DNA of 29,367 bases from the IMG/VR virus record IMGVR_UViG_3300010362_000078, positions 1 to 29,367 of that record. The stretch is one strand, 5' to 3'. The notes below the pieces were generated by a model. The model did no database searches and was not told the DNA's origin. It saw nothing but the letters and a program-made list of their open reading frames with translations. The stretch comes from a virus (Duplodnaviria; Caudoviricetes). A program made the position numbers and the translations under genes. Below are positions 1-8,820 of this stretch, piece after piece (the first letter of the stretch is position 1; each line of letters starts with the position of its first letter).

Positions 1-237
1 CAGATCGATGAAGCCACGGTCGCGCATGTATTTGAGGTAGCGCACCGCCTGCCAGCGCTCGCCAAGACCGCCAGTCTCGAGCGAGCCGTGAGTGTTGTGC
101 TCAGCGATGAAATTGCCGACCAGCGGATTTGGGCTGTCAACGATCGCCCGCATCACGTTCCAGCGGCGGTAATCCAGCGAGCCATACCGGTGAGGGTTGG
201 CAAAGCGCCGGATCACGATTTGAGTTGAGTTGCGCAT
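1..237 (-). CDS. Small early protein, possibly winged-helix-like; runs off the window edge (not in ORF track)
   Basis: Manual translation MRNSTQIVIRRFANPHRYGS...AVRYLKYMRDRGFIDL, open to base 1; preceded by AAAGGGAACTGAAATG leader and a promoter-like motif. Confidence 0.6.
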   Translation of the reverse strand, partial: MRNSTQIVIRRFANPHRYGSLDYRRWNVMRAIVDSPNPLVGNFIAEHNTHGSLETGGLGERWQAVRYLKYMRDRGFIDL

Positions 238-275
238 TTCAGTTCCCTTTGGTTGAATTCCCGTTTCGACACTGT

Positions 276-304
276 ATCTAACTCCAAATCCAACCAAAAA
301 GCAA
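276..304 (-). promoter_or_regulatory. Sigma70-like early promoter
   Basis: Minus strand TTGCTT-17nt(ending TTGGAG)-TTAGAT in an AT-rich intergenic gap; same layout as 4255-4283, but the -10 match is weak. Confidence 0.45.
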
Positions 305-340
305 GCGTTTTTTCCTTTTTCTTTGAGATATATTATTGTG

Positions 341-682
341 TTATTTCATGAACTTAGCAAGAACTTCAAAGGGAGACCGGTTTATTTCCTGGCCAAAAGT
401 GGCTTGAAATGGCTCCTTGGTTCGGTTCAACTCCGGGTGGCGGCCGTTGTTGCACTCTCGACAGGCGGCCACGATGTTGTCATGCCGGGTGGTGCCGCCA
501 GCGTGCAATGGAATGAGATGATCACCGGTTGGATACAGCGGATGGTTGACGCCGTATTCAAATTTCATTTCCCGGTTGCACCAATAGCAATGCATGTTCT
601 GCCTGCGCATGGCAGCATCGCGCAGCGCGCGAAAATGCTTGGTGCCATCCAAACGATACGGCCTACGTTTTCTTCTTGACAT
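341..682 (-). CDS. HNH endonuclease
   Basis: CYWC...TGDHLIPLHAGG...NIVAACRECNNGR HNH/zinc motifs; start moved to ATG 682 (AGGAAG upstream). Confidence 0.88.
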   Translation of the reverse strand: MSRRKRRPYRLDGTKHFRALRDAAMRRQNMHCYWCNREMKFEYGVNHPLYPTGDHLIPLHAGGTTRHDNIVAACRECNNGRHPELNRTKEPFQATFGQEINRSPFEVLAKFMK

Positions 683-851
683 TTTTTGCTTCCTGAATGC
701 GACGTATGCGAACAAAGCGGATGGGCACTACAATGTTCCAATTGCACCAATCACAACAGCGCCCATCATTGATTGGCCGAGCATCATTGCCAAAGCCGAT
801 GAATGTTCCTTCACAGATGGAACAGATGCGAACCGGTTCAGGCTTGCTCAT
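663..851 (-). CDS. Small Cys-rich hypothetical protein (putative zinc-binding)
   Basis: MSKPEPVRICSICEG...GNDARPINDGRCCDWCN; C-terminal part of ORF 663..1265, tiles between neighbours. Confidence 0.65.
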   Translation of the reverse strand: MSKPEPVRICSICEGTFIGFGNDARPINDGRCCDWCNWNIVVPIRFVRIRRIQEAKNVKKKT

Positions 852-1104
852 TTGGCGGCGTCCAATTTTCTGGGCGAGCATCTTCCTTGTTTGGCCAGAC
901 AATGCCCTTGCCATCGCGCCAATCAAACACTGTGCAATCATCTGCGTCAGTGATGATGACGCGAGCGATGATGCCGAGCATGCGACCGGGCTTGCGGCTA
1001 ATGACGCGCTGCGAGAGCTCCACCGCCGCTTGCAAACGCAGCCCGCATCCTTCGTAAGTGTAGGAGCCATCCGGGAAGAATAGCACCACATTGAAGCTGT
1101 CCAT
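838..1104 (-). CDS. Hypothetical protein
   Basis: 88 aa, AAGGA RBS, tiles with flanking genes. Confidence 0.65.
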   Translation of the reverse strand: MDSFNVVLFFPDGSYTYEGCGLRLQAAVELSQRVISRKPGRMLGIIARVIITDADDCTVFDWRDGKGIVWPNKEDARPENWTPPNEQA

Positions 1105-1107
1105 TTT

Positions 1108-1896
1108 TCAATCCTTTTTGCGATGCAGCTTCTTGTCTTCGGCCAAGCCTTTGTTGTAATCACGCAGCAGCATGTCAGACATGACCTCATCCAGCCGATC
1201 CTTGGTGGCTTCTTTTCTGGCATTGGCTGCGACGATGAATTGCCCAGGAGTGTATTTCCTGCCAACAGCGATGGTCATGCGCTTTGGATCTGTACGCAAT
1301 CCAAACTCATTCAGAAACAAAGCGAAGCCGCGCAGGATTGAGCCATCCGGCCCTTGCGCATCTTTGGGCCAGAGATGCTTCACCATCAGCAGCGTTTTGC
1401 TGAGGACCAATTCGCCGTAGCGATCCCAGATGGATTTCAGCGCTGCGACAGCGGTGATGGTCGATGGAGACTTGTGCTGCGCCACCACATATCCCAAACG
1501 ATTGACCAATCTGTTGATGCTCAGTTCCGGCTCACGCTTAGCGACGACTGCCACCTTGAAATGAACGACTGGCCGAGCTCTTTTACGACCATCGTTGATC
1601 CCGAGCCAAAGTTCAGCAGCGCGTGCCGGATCGGCTTGCGGAATGACACGACAGGGAACTTTTTCATACGGTCCCCATTTCATTTCAACAGCACTCTTTC
1701 TGTGCTGCCCTTCGACGACGTGGTAATCGCCTTTACCGTTAGGCAAAGTCACCACCAGCGGATCAAATTTCTCATCGTCGAAATTTTCCGCAATTGCACG
1801 TGCCCATTTCACGTCGTAAGGACGCTGGGATTGAGCCCATACCACCGACAAGTGTCTGACGGCGATCCACTCCATTCTATAATTTTCCGGTCTCAT
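1108..1896 (-). CDS. ParB/Srx-like N-terminal domain protein (DUF6551-like)
   Basis: QRPYD..WARAIAENFD...PLVV...YHVVEGQHRKSA ParB-like signature; AAGGAG RBS. Confidence 0.75.
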   Translation of the reverse strand: MRPENYRMEWIAVRHLSVVWAQSQRPYDVKWARAIAENFDDEKFDPLVVTLPNGKGDYHVVEGQHRKSAVEMKWGPYEKVPCRVIPQADPARAAELWLGINDGRKRARPVVHFKVAVVAKREPELSINRLVNRLGYVVAQHKSPSTITAVAALKSIWDRYGELVLSKTLLMVKHLWPKDAQGPDGSILRGFALFLNEFGLRTDPKRMTIAVGRKYTPGQFIVAANARKEATKDRLDEVMSDMLLRDYNKGLAEDKKLHRKKD

Positions 1897-2423
1897 TGGA
1901 CTTCTCCTTTCAACTTGCTACTTAGCATGGCTAAGGCTTTTTTCGCAGCATTCACTTTAAGAATGGCTGCGCGTATTTGCTCGACAGTGTAGCCAAACGG
2001 AATGTCAAATTCGGCGGCAGTCTCGCAAATCTCGTTCAAGGCAATCAAAGCGCAATCAAAGCGCTTGACAGCCACATCACGTTTTTCTTTGCGTGGTTTT
2101 TGTGCGAGCCAGTATTTGCTGATGATTTGATTGGCAATTGGCCGCACATGAACCAGCGATTTTTCTGCATTTAGCGTCTCGAGGCACTGCTGCAATTTGC
2201 TGCGATCTTCAGCTTGCATGTAATGTTTGGAAATTATTAGCAGTTTGCGAATGTAATTTAGGGCGAATTCATTAATGCCAATCAACTTGGAAGCATTGTC
2301 ACGCTTGTGCGTCATTGATTCAGCCACCAGATCAGTGATGCGCACATCAGGGGCGATGCGATGAAAAACATCGCATCGCCGCAACTTTTTTTCTTCGCTT
2401 ATCGTTATGACAACATTGGTCAT
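1893..2423 (-). CDS. Hypothetical protein (helical, AT-richer)
   Basis: ATGA overlaps with upstream and downstream genes. Confidence 0.6.
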   Translation of the reverse strand: MTNVVITISEEKKLRRCDVFHRIAPDVRITDLVAESMTHKRDNASKLIGINEFALNYIRKLLIISKHYMQAEDRSKLQQCLETLNAEKSLVHVRPIANQIISKYWLAQKPRKEKRDVAVKRFDCALIALNEICETAAEFDIPFGYTVEQIRAAILKVNAAKKALAMLSSKLKGEVQ

Positions 2424-2506
2424 AGCGTTTGCACTCCGATAGCCCACACTGCGATCGCGGACAAGAACGCCGCGAGCGCGATGATCTCCAACATGTCCCT
2501 CAACAT
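2420..2506 (-). CDS. 28-aa single-transmembrane peptide (not in ORF track)
   Basis: MLRDMLEIIALAAFLSAIAVWAIGVQTL; strong AAGGAGG RBS; stop overlaps next ATG. Confidence 0.55.
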   Translation of the reverse strand: MLRDMLEIIALAAFLSAIAVWAIGVQTL

Positions 2507-2522
2507 CTTCCCCTCCTTCATG

Positions 2523-2780
2523 TTACTCACTCCCCTCTTTCACCAGCAAATCGCGATCGACTTCTTCACGCCAGCCATTCTCCCATCGAACAAAAACGGT
2601 CCAACCGCTCCAGCCGTCAACGCGGCCGATGTGAGCAGGATCGTCAGTGACATAAACGCGGTCACCGGTGTTGAGGCCAAACCAATCATCAACGCGGCGT
2701 CCCCGGCGCGATGTGCGCTCTGGCAAGCCGAGCTCGCGGCGCAACTTGCGCGCGGGTGATTCATAGACGAACTCGCTCAT
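2523..2780 (-). CDS. Hypothetical protein, SH3/KOW-like beta barrel
   Basis: GLNTGDRVYV...GRVDG...VFVRWENGWREEV pattern; GGAG RBS, ATGA overlap. Confidence 0.6.
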   Translation of the reverse strand: MSEFVYESPARKLRRELGLPERTSRRGRRVDDWFGLNTGDRVYVTDDPAHIGRVDGWSGWTVFVRWENGWREEVDRDLLVKEGSE

Positions 2781-2986
2781 GACTCCAACCATCCGCATTG
2801 AGTGTTGTAGCCCCAGAAGCCTCGGCAAGTGCCGTTTGGCCCATTCTGCGCCACCGAGCCGTTGCTTGCTCCGACAAGCATCAGATCTTTGGCTTTAGCA
2901 GCTTCAGCCCAAGCAGTGAAGTCGGTGAATTGCTGCGCACCGTTCGGCCCGAATTGTGAAGCGTTCGTGTTCATTTCGCCCTCCAC
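2777..2986 (-). CDS. Hypothetical protein
   Basis: 65-69 aa, GGAGG RBS before ATG 2974, tiles in operon. Confidence 0.6.
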   Translation of the reverse strand: MEGEMNTNASQFGPNGAQQFTDFTAWAEAAKAKDLMLVGASNGSVAQNGPNGTCRGFWGYNTQCGWLES

Positions 2987-3369
2987 GTTCTTGCATCATC
3001 ACCACCACAGCCCATGGTTATGTTGCCGCCGGTGGAGTGGTATTTGCAACACGTCGGTGACCAATCCTCCAGCTCAACTGCTGCTTCAAGCAACTCACTG
3101 GCCAATTGCATGAGCACGCCAGCTATGTCATTTTCCGGTGCGCGCAAGTCAGCCTGCTGCATCAGCAGATCATGAATTTCGCGCGTGCTGAGAATCTTGA
3201 CAGTCGGACGCGGCTGTTCATAAAAGCCAGCGTCCCAAGTGCCGATCTGCTCGTTCCATTTGATGCCAGCGTTTTCGAACAACGCCTCGAGTGCGTCCAA
3301 CGCACGAGTGCCGCCATTGATGGTTGCTTCCGCGCCATCCTTGGCAGTGAAGTGAACGGTGGCTTTCAT
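2971..3369 (-). CDS. Hypothetical early protein
   Basis: Start reassigned to ATG 3369 after AAGGGGATTTGAAA leader. Confidence 0.65.
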   Translation of the reverse strand: MKATVHFTAKDGAEATINGGTRALDALEALFENAGIKWNEQIGTWDAGFYEQPRPTVKILSTREIHDLLMQQADLRAPENDIAGVLMQLASELLEAAVELEDWSPTCCKYHSTGGNITMGCGGDDARTWRAK

Positions 3370-3393
3370 TTTCAAATCCCCTTGGTTTGAGTT

Positions 3394-3439
3394 GGCATTT
3401 CGGAAACGGGCACCGCTGCGGATGCCCGCCCGAAATGTC
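3394..3439 (-). other. Long intergenic stem-loop (processing site or terminator)
   Basis: GGCATTTCGG/CCGAAATGTC outer stem plus CGGGCA/TGCCCG inner stem; no clear U-tract. Confidence 0.55.
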
Positions 3440-3440
3440 A

Positions 3441-3962
3441 TCAGTGTACGTGGTTGATGCACTCCGGTCCGAAGCCTTGCGCGATGCTTTCCGGCACCGT
3501 CAGCTTGCGGCCACAGCGACCGCAACGTCCTTCGTGCCAGATTTCCAGCTCGGCGGGAATGGTGCCTTGCATCAAGTTCTTCCACGCAAACGTGAATGCC
3601 CGAGCACAAGGAGCTTTAGGGCTGATCTCGCCCGGCTTTGGAACTTTACGGCCCACGTAGAAAACTTCACGCACAACGCGACCAAGCCATTGATAGTCGG
3701 AATTGTTGTCCGGACCACTCAACACTCCAACCATCAGCGTGCCGTCGGTGACTGGCTGGCCAGTCGCCCGATCAGTCGGAATGGCAACGCGGTAAGTGAA
3801 GCGCGTGCCGGAGCGGAGAGAAACAAGCGTCACCGTCGCTTTGCCAGCGCGCAGAAACTGACGAGCGGTGATTGCGTCGGTGAACTTGCCGCGCATATCA
3901 TGTTCCTCTTGGCCCTCGCTGAGGTCGCCGTCGAGGCCGTCCCAGAGATCAACTTGCGTCAT
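3441..3962 (-). CDS. DUF6011-like phage protein with C-terminal zinc knuckle
   Basis: AGKATVTLVS..SGTRFTYRV...VLSGPDNNSDY...HEGRCGRCGRKLTVPESIAQGFGPEC. Confidence 0.8.
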   Translation of the reverse strand: MTQVDLWDGLDGDLSEGQEEHDMRGKFTDAITARQFLRAGKATVTLVSLRSGTRFTYRVAIPTDRATGQPVTDGTLMVGVLSGPDNNSDYQWLGRVVREVFYVGRKVPKPGEISPKAPCARAFTFAWKNLMQGTIPAELEIWHEGRCGRCGRKLTVPESIAQGFGPECINHVH

Positions 3963-4002
3963 TTTCAGTCTCCTTTGGTTTGATGTGATGGTTTAAGTGC
4001 CA

Positions 4003-4248
4003 CTAGTTTCGCTTGATCTGCCGATGGCGAGGCAGGAGCTCCGTTTCACTGATCGGACCAACATGGTCGGTTGAGTAGGTCAGCTTGAAAATTTTGCCGT
4101 TCCATTTCTTCGCAGAAGCTTTTGCGGCGCGAAGCGTTTTGAAGGCACAGAACTGATTGGGCACCCAGCGAACTTCAAAAAGAAAAAGAAGTCCAGGGCG
4201 GCTATCAACTCCGCCCTTTAAGAGGTCCCGCTCCTGATTTGTTTTCAT
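4003..4248 (-). CDS. Hypothetical protein, probably leaderless
   Basis: 81 aa; ATG sits 6 nt after the CATAAT -10 box. Confidence 0.5.
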   Translation of the reverse strand: MKTNQERDLLKGGVDSRPGLLFLFEVRWVPNQFCAFKTLRAAKASAKKWNGKIFKLTYSTDHVGPISETELLPRHRQIKRN

Positions 4249-4254
4249 GATGGC

Positions 4255-4283
4255 ATTATGCTCCAATAAAAAAGAAAAAGCAA
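4255..4283 (-). promoter_or_regulatory. Sigma70-like early promoter
   Basis: TTGCTT-17nt-CATAAT on minus strand. Confidence 0.7.
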
Positions 4284-4291
4284 GTGCTTTT

Positions 4292-4705
4292 TCATTTGAC
4301 GAATTTATGATGTAATAACAATGACTTAATGGCAATCCAATTCCACGACCTTGGACCGCCCGGCCAAAAATCGAGCGGATTTTGGCTGCAGCGCTGGCCA
4401 TCGGCCAAGGTTCGAGCAGCGCTGCCCGGCAGCAAGAAAAGAGTGTCATCAACGCGTGCCTTGCGTCGCACAGCGATGAATACTCGACCACCGGCCCGCA
4501 ACCGCCGCTCCGTCCAACCGACTTGTTCTGGGGAAACATTAACACGCCAGCCGCGTGTTGCTTTCAATTCAATCCAGCCTTCAATGCCTTCGCAACAATA
4601 ATTCAAGTCAGGCACACCACGACCGGTGGACCATGTTTCAACGCTTTGAAAATCAAATTCAGGCAGATGTTTGCGAAAGATTTGTCGCAGATTTGCGTCA
4701 GCCAT
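4292..4705 (-). CDS. PD-(D/E)XK nuclease, VRR-NUC / Holliday-junction-resolvase-like
   Basis: GVPDLNYC.EG.EGWIELK and SPEQVGW...GGRVFIAV motifs; directly downstream of DnaE. Confidence 0.82.
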   Translation of the reverse strand: MADANLRQIFRKHLPEFDFQSVETWSTGRGVPDLNYCCEGIEGWIELKATRGWRVNVSPEQVGWTERRLRAGGRVFIAVRRKARVDDTLFLLPGSAARTLADGQRCSQNPLDFWPGGPRSWNWIAIKSLLLHHKFVK

Positions 4706-7577
4706 TTTGATCTTGTTCGCCAGCAGGCAATTTGCGGTGCATATTGCCAAGTGAATCATGAACGAATGCTTGATCTAAATCGCCGATGTGCTTGATGCGC
4801 TGCACCATTAGCATGCGGAATGAATTTGGTACAAAACCCTTAAGCGCGTAAATTGCCTTGCCAGGACGGCCACGTTCAACTACTGGACGACCAATCAATG
4901 GATACAAGTTGCGATCAATGCGACACAGCAGTTGCTCAGTGTCATCCCGCAAGAAAATATTGAGTGCGTCCGTCGGCGGCGGAAATGTTCTCCCGCCGCG
5001 CCGCATGACGCGAATTGGTTCATTTTCATCCAACGTGGCGAGCCGTTCGGCTAAGCCGATCACAACCACGTCGCCACGCAGGCCAACTTGCACATCAACA
5101 CACTTCATTGGCGTGGATACAAGTCGAAGTCCAGAACTTGGCAGCAATCGTGCAATAGCATCAGCGATTGGATTCAAACTGTCAATATCAGTTTTGGCTT
5201 GCTCAAGCAGTTTGAGCAAAACAGGCCGAATTGGCGTGTTGCTCGCGCGCGCTTCCATGATCTCTTTGACAAATGCTGGGCCAATGCCTTTTATGGAAGT
5301 GAGCGGCCCCAACAATAAATTGTTTTCGCGGTCAACTGTCCAGCGATCTGTTGAATGCAATGGGTCGAATGGCTTGTAGCCAATGCCTTCGACTTTCAGC
5401 TCGCGCAACAAAGCGATCTGCCGGGCTGGAAGTGTTTCAGCATCCAGCGTGGCTGCAGCAAACTCCAACGGATAATGCGCTTTCAAATAAGCGCAATAAT
5501 AGCTCACCAGACCATAAGCCACACAATGGCTCTTGTTCATCTGCCAAGAACCCATTGTGGCAATGCTGTCCCAAATCTTTGTTGCCGTTTCTGTCTCAAT
5601 GCCATTGGCCGCTGCACCAGCCAGGAAGTTGGCTTTGTAACGAGCAAAAAATTCATTGCCCAAACGACCGGACATTGCCTTGCGAATGGCGGACGTGTCT
5701 TCCCAGGAAAAATTGCCAAGCTCGCGCACCACGCGCATGGTGGTTTCTTGAAACAAATTGACGCCATAAGTCTCTTTGGTTAACTCGGTGAGCAGCGGGT
5801 GCAGCGTTTCCACTTTGTCTAATCCGGTGCGCCGCCGCACCCATGCCAATGTGCCACCGCTGGCGGCTGGTCCAGGACGCGCCACAGCGGTGATCTGCAC
5901 AATGTCATTGATGTGGGACACTGGCCGATTAGACTTGCCAATTTGGCTGGTAACATTTTGCAGCACAGAGCCATTGAACTGAAAGATGCCGGCAAACTGC
6001 CCTTTGTTGAGTACGTCGAATGCTGCCTGATCATTCAGCGGCAGCTGCTCCAACCAACCGGATTTTGGCGGGACACCAAGTTGTTCAAGCGTACGCTCAA
6101 AAATGGAAAGCTGCGTTAGCCCTAATGCATCAATCTTGAGCAGACTCAAATCCTCACTGTCTTTTTTGTCACACATGGCTGAATTGGTGCGCGCGTCCAC
6201 TGCGACATATTCAATGACCGGTTCCTGAGTGATGATGATGCCGGCAGCGTGTTGCCCGGCAACCACTGGGTGACCTTCCATTGGCGCCATGATGCGGGCT
6301 TCTGGATATTTGGCGATGAATTCACGACCAGTTTCTGTGTCGTTGAATGCGTCTTCTAGTGCTTGCATTGCGCGTGAATCGCCACTGCTGCGTTCAATGA
6401 TGGTGTCTGATAGCTTGACGATCTCCCATTGCGGAATGCGCAGCGCTATGCCAGCTTGATTCAACGCTGAGCGTGGCCGGAATAGCAATACAGTGCCGAG
6501 CCGAGCCACGCGATCTTCGCCATATTTTTGCGCGGCATAATCAAACACCATCCAACGCTTCTCATCGCTGAAGTCCACATCGATGTCCGGTAAGTCAGTA
6601 CGATTGATGTCAATGAAGCGCTCAAAGATCAGGCCAAAAGGAATTGGATCAACGGTGGTGATGTTGATGAGGTAGCAAACCAAGCTGCCGCACGAGCTGC
6701 CGCGTGCCGGACCAACAATCATGTGCTCCTTGGCAAAGTTGATAATGTCCGCCAGGATGAAGAAATAATCCTCAAATTGCTTTTCGGCAATCAGCGCGAG
6801 TTCGCGCTCGAGCCGCTCACGGTAAATTGGATCTTGCAGATTGCAGCCAGTACGTTCTGCACCTTCTTCACAAAGCTGGCGCAATGTCTTGTTGGTTTGC
6901 GGTTTCAGCAATGTGCCGTGCTTCATTTTGGCTTGGCAATCACGCAACACCTCTTCACGATTGACTAATGCTTGATCTGCTTGGGATGCGGCAAACCAGT
7001 TCACTGCCGCATGCCATTCAGCATCACTAAGAATGTGTTGCGGATAGGACTGCGTCTCTGCACGCAGCCTGCCAAGCGCCACGCGGTAAAGCTCACGGTC
7101 TTCTTGTCTTGGGTAAACATTGTCGCTAATAGCAATGAAGGCATGTCCGGCACGTTCAGCTGCGCGAAACAAGCCAGCGGGTAATGCTGGACTGAGCCCA
7201 ATAAAGAAGTCTGCAGCAGGCTCAATGCCGTTCAGCTGCAATTTATGACCGGCGATTTTGATCAGCCCTGGTGCATTAATTGCTTGGCTGATTGAGAGGT
7301 TTGGCCGGTCATTAGCGGTGCATTTGTGCAACAATTCATGCAATGGTCGCAATGAATCAATGGCGAGGAACCGCCAGGGATTGCCCTGCACCGGCAGCTC
7401 CACGCCATAGATTGGCCGCAGATTTGCTTTGTTAGCAGCCTTGGTCCAACGGTTAAAACCATAAGTGGAAAGTGTGTCGCAGATCGGCGCAGTTGACCAG
7501 CCAATCGCCTGCAGCCGTTTGATCACATCATCGATGTGACCAATGGCGGTGCGGAATGAATAGCCTGTGCGGATCAT
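4698..7577 (-). CDS. dnaE: DNA polymerase III alpha subunit (family C)
   Basis: GPARGSSCGSLVCY, FERFID, PDIDVDF, HAAGIII, KIDALGL, GIFQF, NKSH..AY..YLKAHYP, IKGIG HhH. Confidence 0.96.
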   Translation of the reverse strand: MIRTGYSFRTAIGHIDDVIKRLQAIGWSTAPICDTLSTYGFNRWTKAANKANLRPIYGVELPVQGNPWRFLAIDSLRPLHELLHKCTANDRPNLSISQAINAPGLIKIAGHKLQLNGIEPAADFFIGLSPALPAGLFRAAERAGHAFIAISDNVYPRQEDRELYRVALGRLRAETQSYPQHILSDAEWHAAVNWFAASQADQALVNREEVLRDCQAKMKHGTLLKPQTNKTLRQLCEEGAERTGCNLQDPIYRERLERELALIAEKQFEDYFFILADIINFAKEHMIVGPARGSSCGSLVCYLINITTVDPIPFGLIFERFIDINRTDLPDIDVDFSDEKRWMVFDYAAQKYGEDRVARLGTVLLFRPRSALNQAGIALRIPQWEIVKLSDTIIERSSGDSRAMQALEDAFNDTETGREFIAKYPEARIMAPMEGHPVVAGQHAAGIIITQEPVIEYVAVDARTNSAMCDKKDSEDLSLLKIDALGLTQLSIFERTLEQLGVPPKSGWLEQLPLNDQAAFDVLNKGQFAGIFQFNGSVLQNVTSQIGKSNRPVSHINDIVQITAVARPGPAASGGTLAWVRRRTGLDKVETLHPLLTELTKETYGVNLFQETTMRVVRELGNFSWEDTSAIRKAMSGRLGNEFFARYKANFLAGAAANGIETETATKIWDSIATMGSWQMNKSHCVAYGLVSYYCAYLKAHYPLEFAAATLDAETLPARQIALLRELKVEGIGYKPFDPLHSTDRWTVDRENNLLLGPLTSIKGIGPAFVKEIMEARASNTPIRPVLLKLLEQAKTDIDSLNPIADAIARLLPSSGLRLVSTPMKCVDVQVGLRGDVVVIGLAERLATLDENEPIRVMRRGGRTFPPPTDALNIFLRDDTEQLLCRIDRNLYPLIGRPVVERGRPGKAIYALKGFVPNSFRMLMVQRIKHIGDLDQAFVHDSLGNMHRKLPAGEQDQNG

Positions 7578-7882
7578 ATCAGTCCCAGCTCACGTTTGAT
7601 TTTTTCTGGATCTCTGTTTGCCATGTTTGTGCAAAACTGCAACACATCTTGCCAGCCATCGTGATTTTTGGCAAGCAAATTTATGCAACGCCAAATGTCG
7701 ATCTCGTTCATTTTGATATAAAAACAATTGCTGCGTAACTCACTTCCTCCAAAATTGTTAAAAAGAAAACATATTTCGCCATTGCGTAAAAGATATGGTT
7801 TTAGTGTTGCTTCAGCTTCAACGAGAGATCGAGAAGATGAAGCTATGCTGGATCGCTTGGCGGCAATTCTTGTAAGTTTCAT
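7574..7882 (-). CDS. Hypothetical protein (AT-rich)
   Basis: ATGA overlaps on both sides, between exonuclease and DnaE. Confidence 0.55.
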   Translation of the reverse strand: MKLTRIAAKRSSIASSSRSLVEAEATLKPYLLRNGEICFLFNNFGGSELRSNCFYIKMNEIDIWRCINLLAKNHDGWQDVLQFCTNMANRDPEKIKRELGLI

Positions 7883-8409
7883 AGCTCGCCTCGTTTGACG
7901 AGTTCTACACAGCAACGCACCAGCGCTCGCGTGTCAACTTTGGCGCGATGCGCATCAGCGAATTTTTCATTGAACAAATGCTGATGCAAATTGGTCAGTG
8001 TCAAGCGCTTGCCTTGAAGATGAATTGTTTGCTCAACAGTGCAGAGCACGCGCGGCCAGTTAACGATGCGGCCTAGCCGGTTTGCTTCAATGTCTATGAT
8101 CTCTTTGTCGAAGGAAGCATTGTGCGCAATGACTAGCGGCGCAGCTTCAATTGAAGAGATGATTTTGTCAGCGACTTCTGCAAATGATGGCGCATCCTTC
8201 AGCATGTTGTTATTGATGGAAGTAATGTCGGCAATTTCTTGCTCGATCAGCTTGGGCGGTTTGACCAATGTTTCATAATCAAAGAGGATTTTGCCATGCG
8301 CCAAATCAACCAAACAGCCGTAGAACTCAATCAAGTGTGGTTGCCGCTCCAACTTGATGGAGCGATTTTCCGACAAACCATTCGTTTCTGTATCAAAGAC
8401 GAAAGCCAT
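7879..8409 (-). CDS. dnaQ: DEDDh 3'-5' exonuclease (Pol III epsilon-like)
   Basis: ExoI FDTET, ExoII AHNASFD, ExoIII AHRAKVD. Confidence 0.9.
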   Translation of the reverse strand: MAFVFDTETNGLSENRSIKLERQPHLIEFYGCLVDLAHGKILFDYETLVKPPKLIEQEIADITSINNNMLKDAPSFAEVADKIISSIEAAPLVIAHNASFDKEIIDIEANRLGRIVNWPRVLCTVEQTIHLQGKRLTLTNLHQHLFNEKFADAHRAKVDTRALVRCCVELVKRGEL

Positions 8410-8445
8410 TAACACTGAAACTGCTCCCAGAAGCGCAGCCACTGG

Positions 8446-8820
8446 CTACGTGGAACGCTGTTCGGCCGAGGAAAGTGACGTCCTAATATTTCCACGCCGT
8501 CCATGTTTGCGTCTATTGTCATGTGTTCGGGCTTCCAGCATAGCTGCGTAGACGATGAGGTCGTGTGCTGAGTCTCGGTGTCCGCCATTATTCCACTCCA
8601 CTGTGTAACGGGTTAATTTGACTATCGCAAGCATCAACAATGCGAACCGCTCATGCTCATCTATAGAATTGAGCGTGATGCCATCTGGAAATAATGCTTG
8701 CAATGTTGCGCCAAGCCGCTGGTGATTGTCACGGTAAACTGCATTGCGCACACCAAAAGTGTCAAGTGCTTTCTGCAGCAGGGAGTATGTTTCGTTGGTC
8801 ATCACTTCCCAATTGCTCAT
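8446..8820 (-). CDS. All-alpha nucleotide-modification-associated protein (Nmad1/DUF6378-like)
   Basis: RNAVY.DN...LFPDG...KLTRY...HRDSAHDLIVYAAML pattern typical of this helical family. Confidence 0.6.
   Translation of the reverse strand: MSNWEVMTNETYSLLQKALDTFGVRNAVYRDNHQRLGATLQALFPDGITLNSIDEHERFALLMLAIVKLTRYTVEWNNGGHRDSAHDLIVYAAMLEARTHDNRRKHGRRGNIRTSLSSAEQRST

Noticed and set aside
341-682. HNH as an intron-encoded homing endonuclease or mobile element
   Set aside because: Free-standing small HNH with no interrupted host gene or intron structure evident.
6099-6113. QLSIF in DnaE as a beta-clamp-binding motif
   Set aside because: Lies immediately after the catalytic KIDALGL strand in a structured palm helix, not at the known clamp-binding positions.
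4698-7577. Intein in DnaE (also checked TerL)
   Set aside because: Conserved motifs are contiguous and lengths are normal or short; no C/S...HN splice motifs seen.
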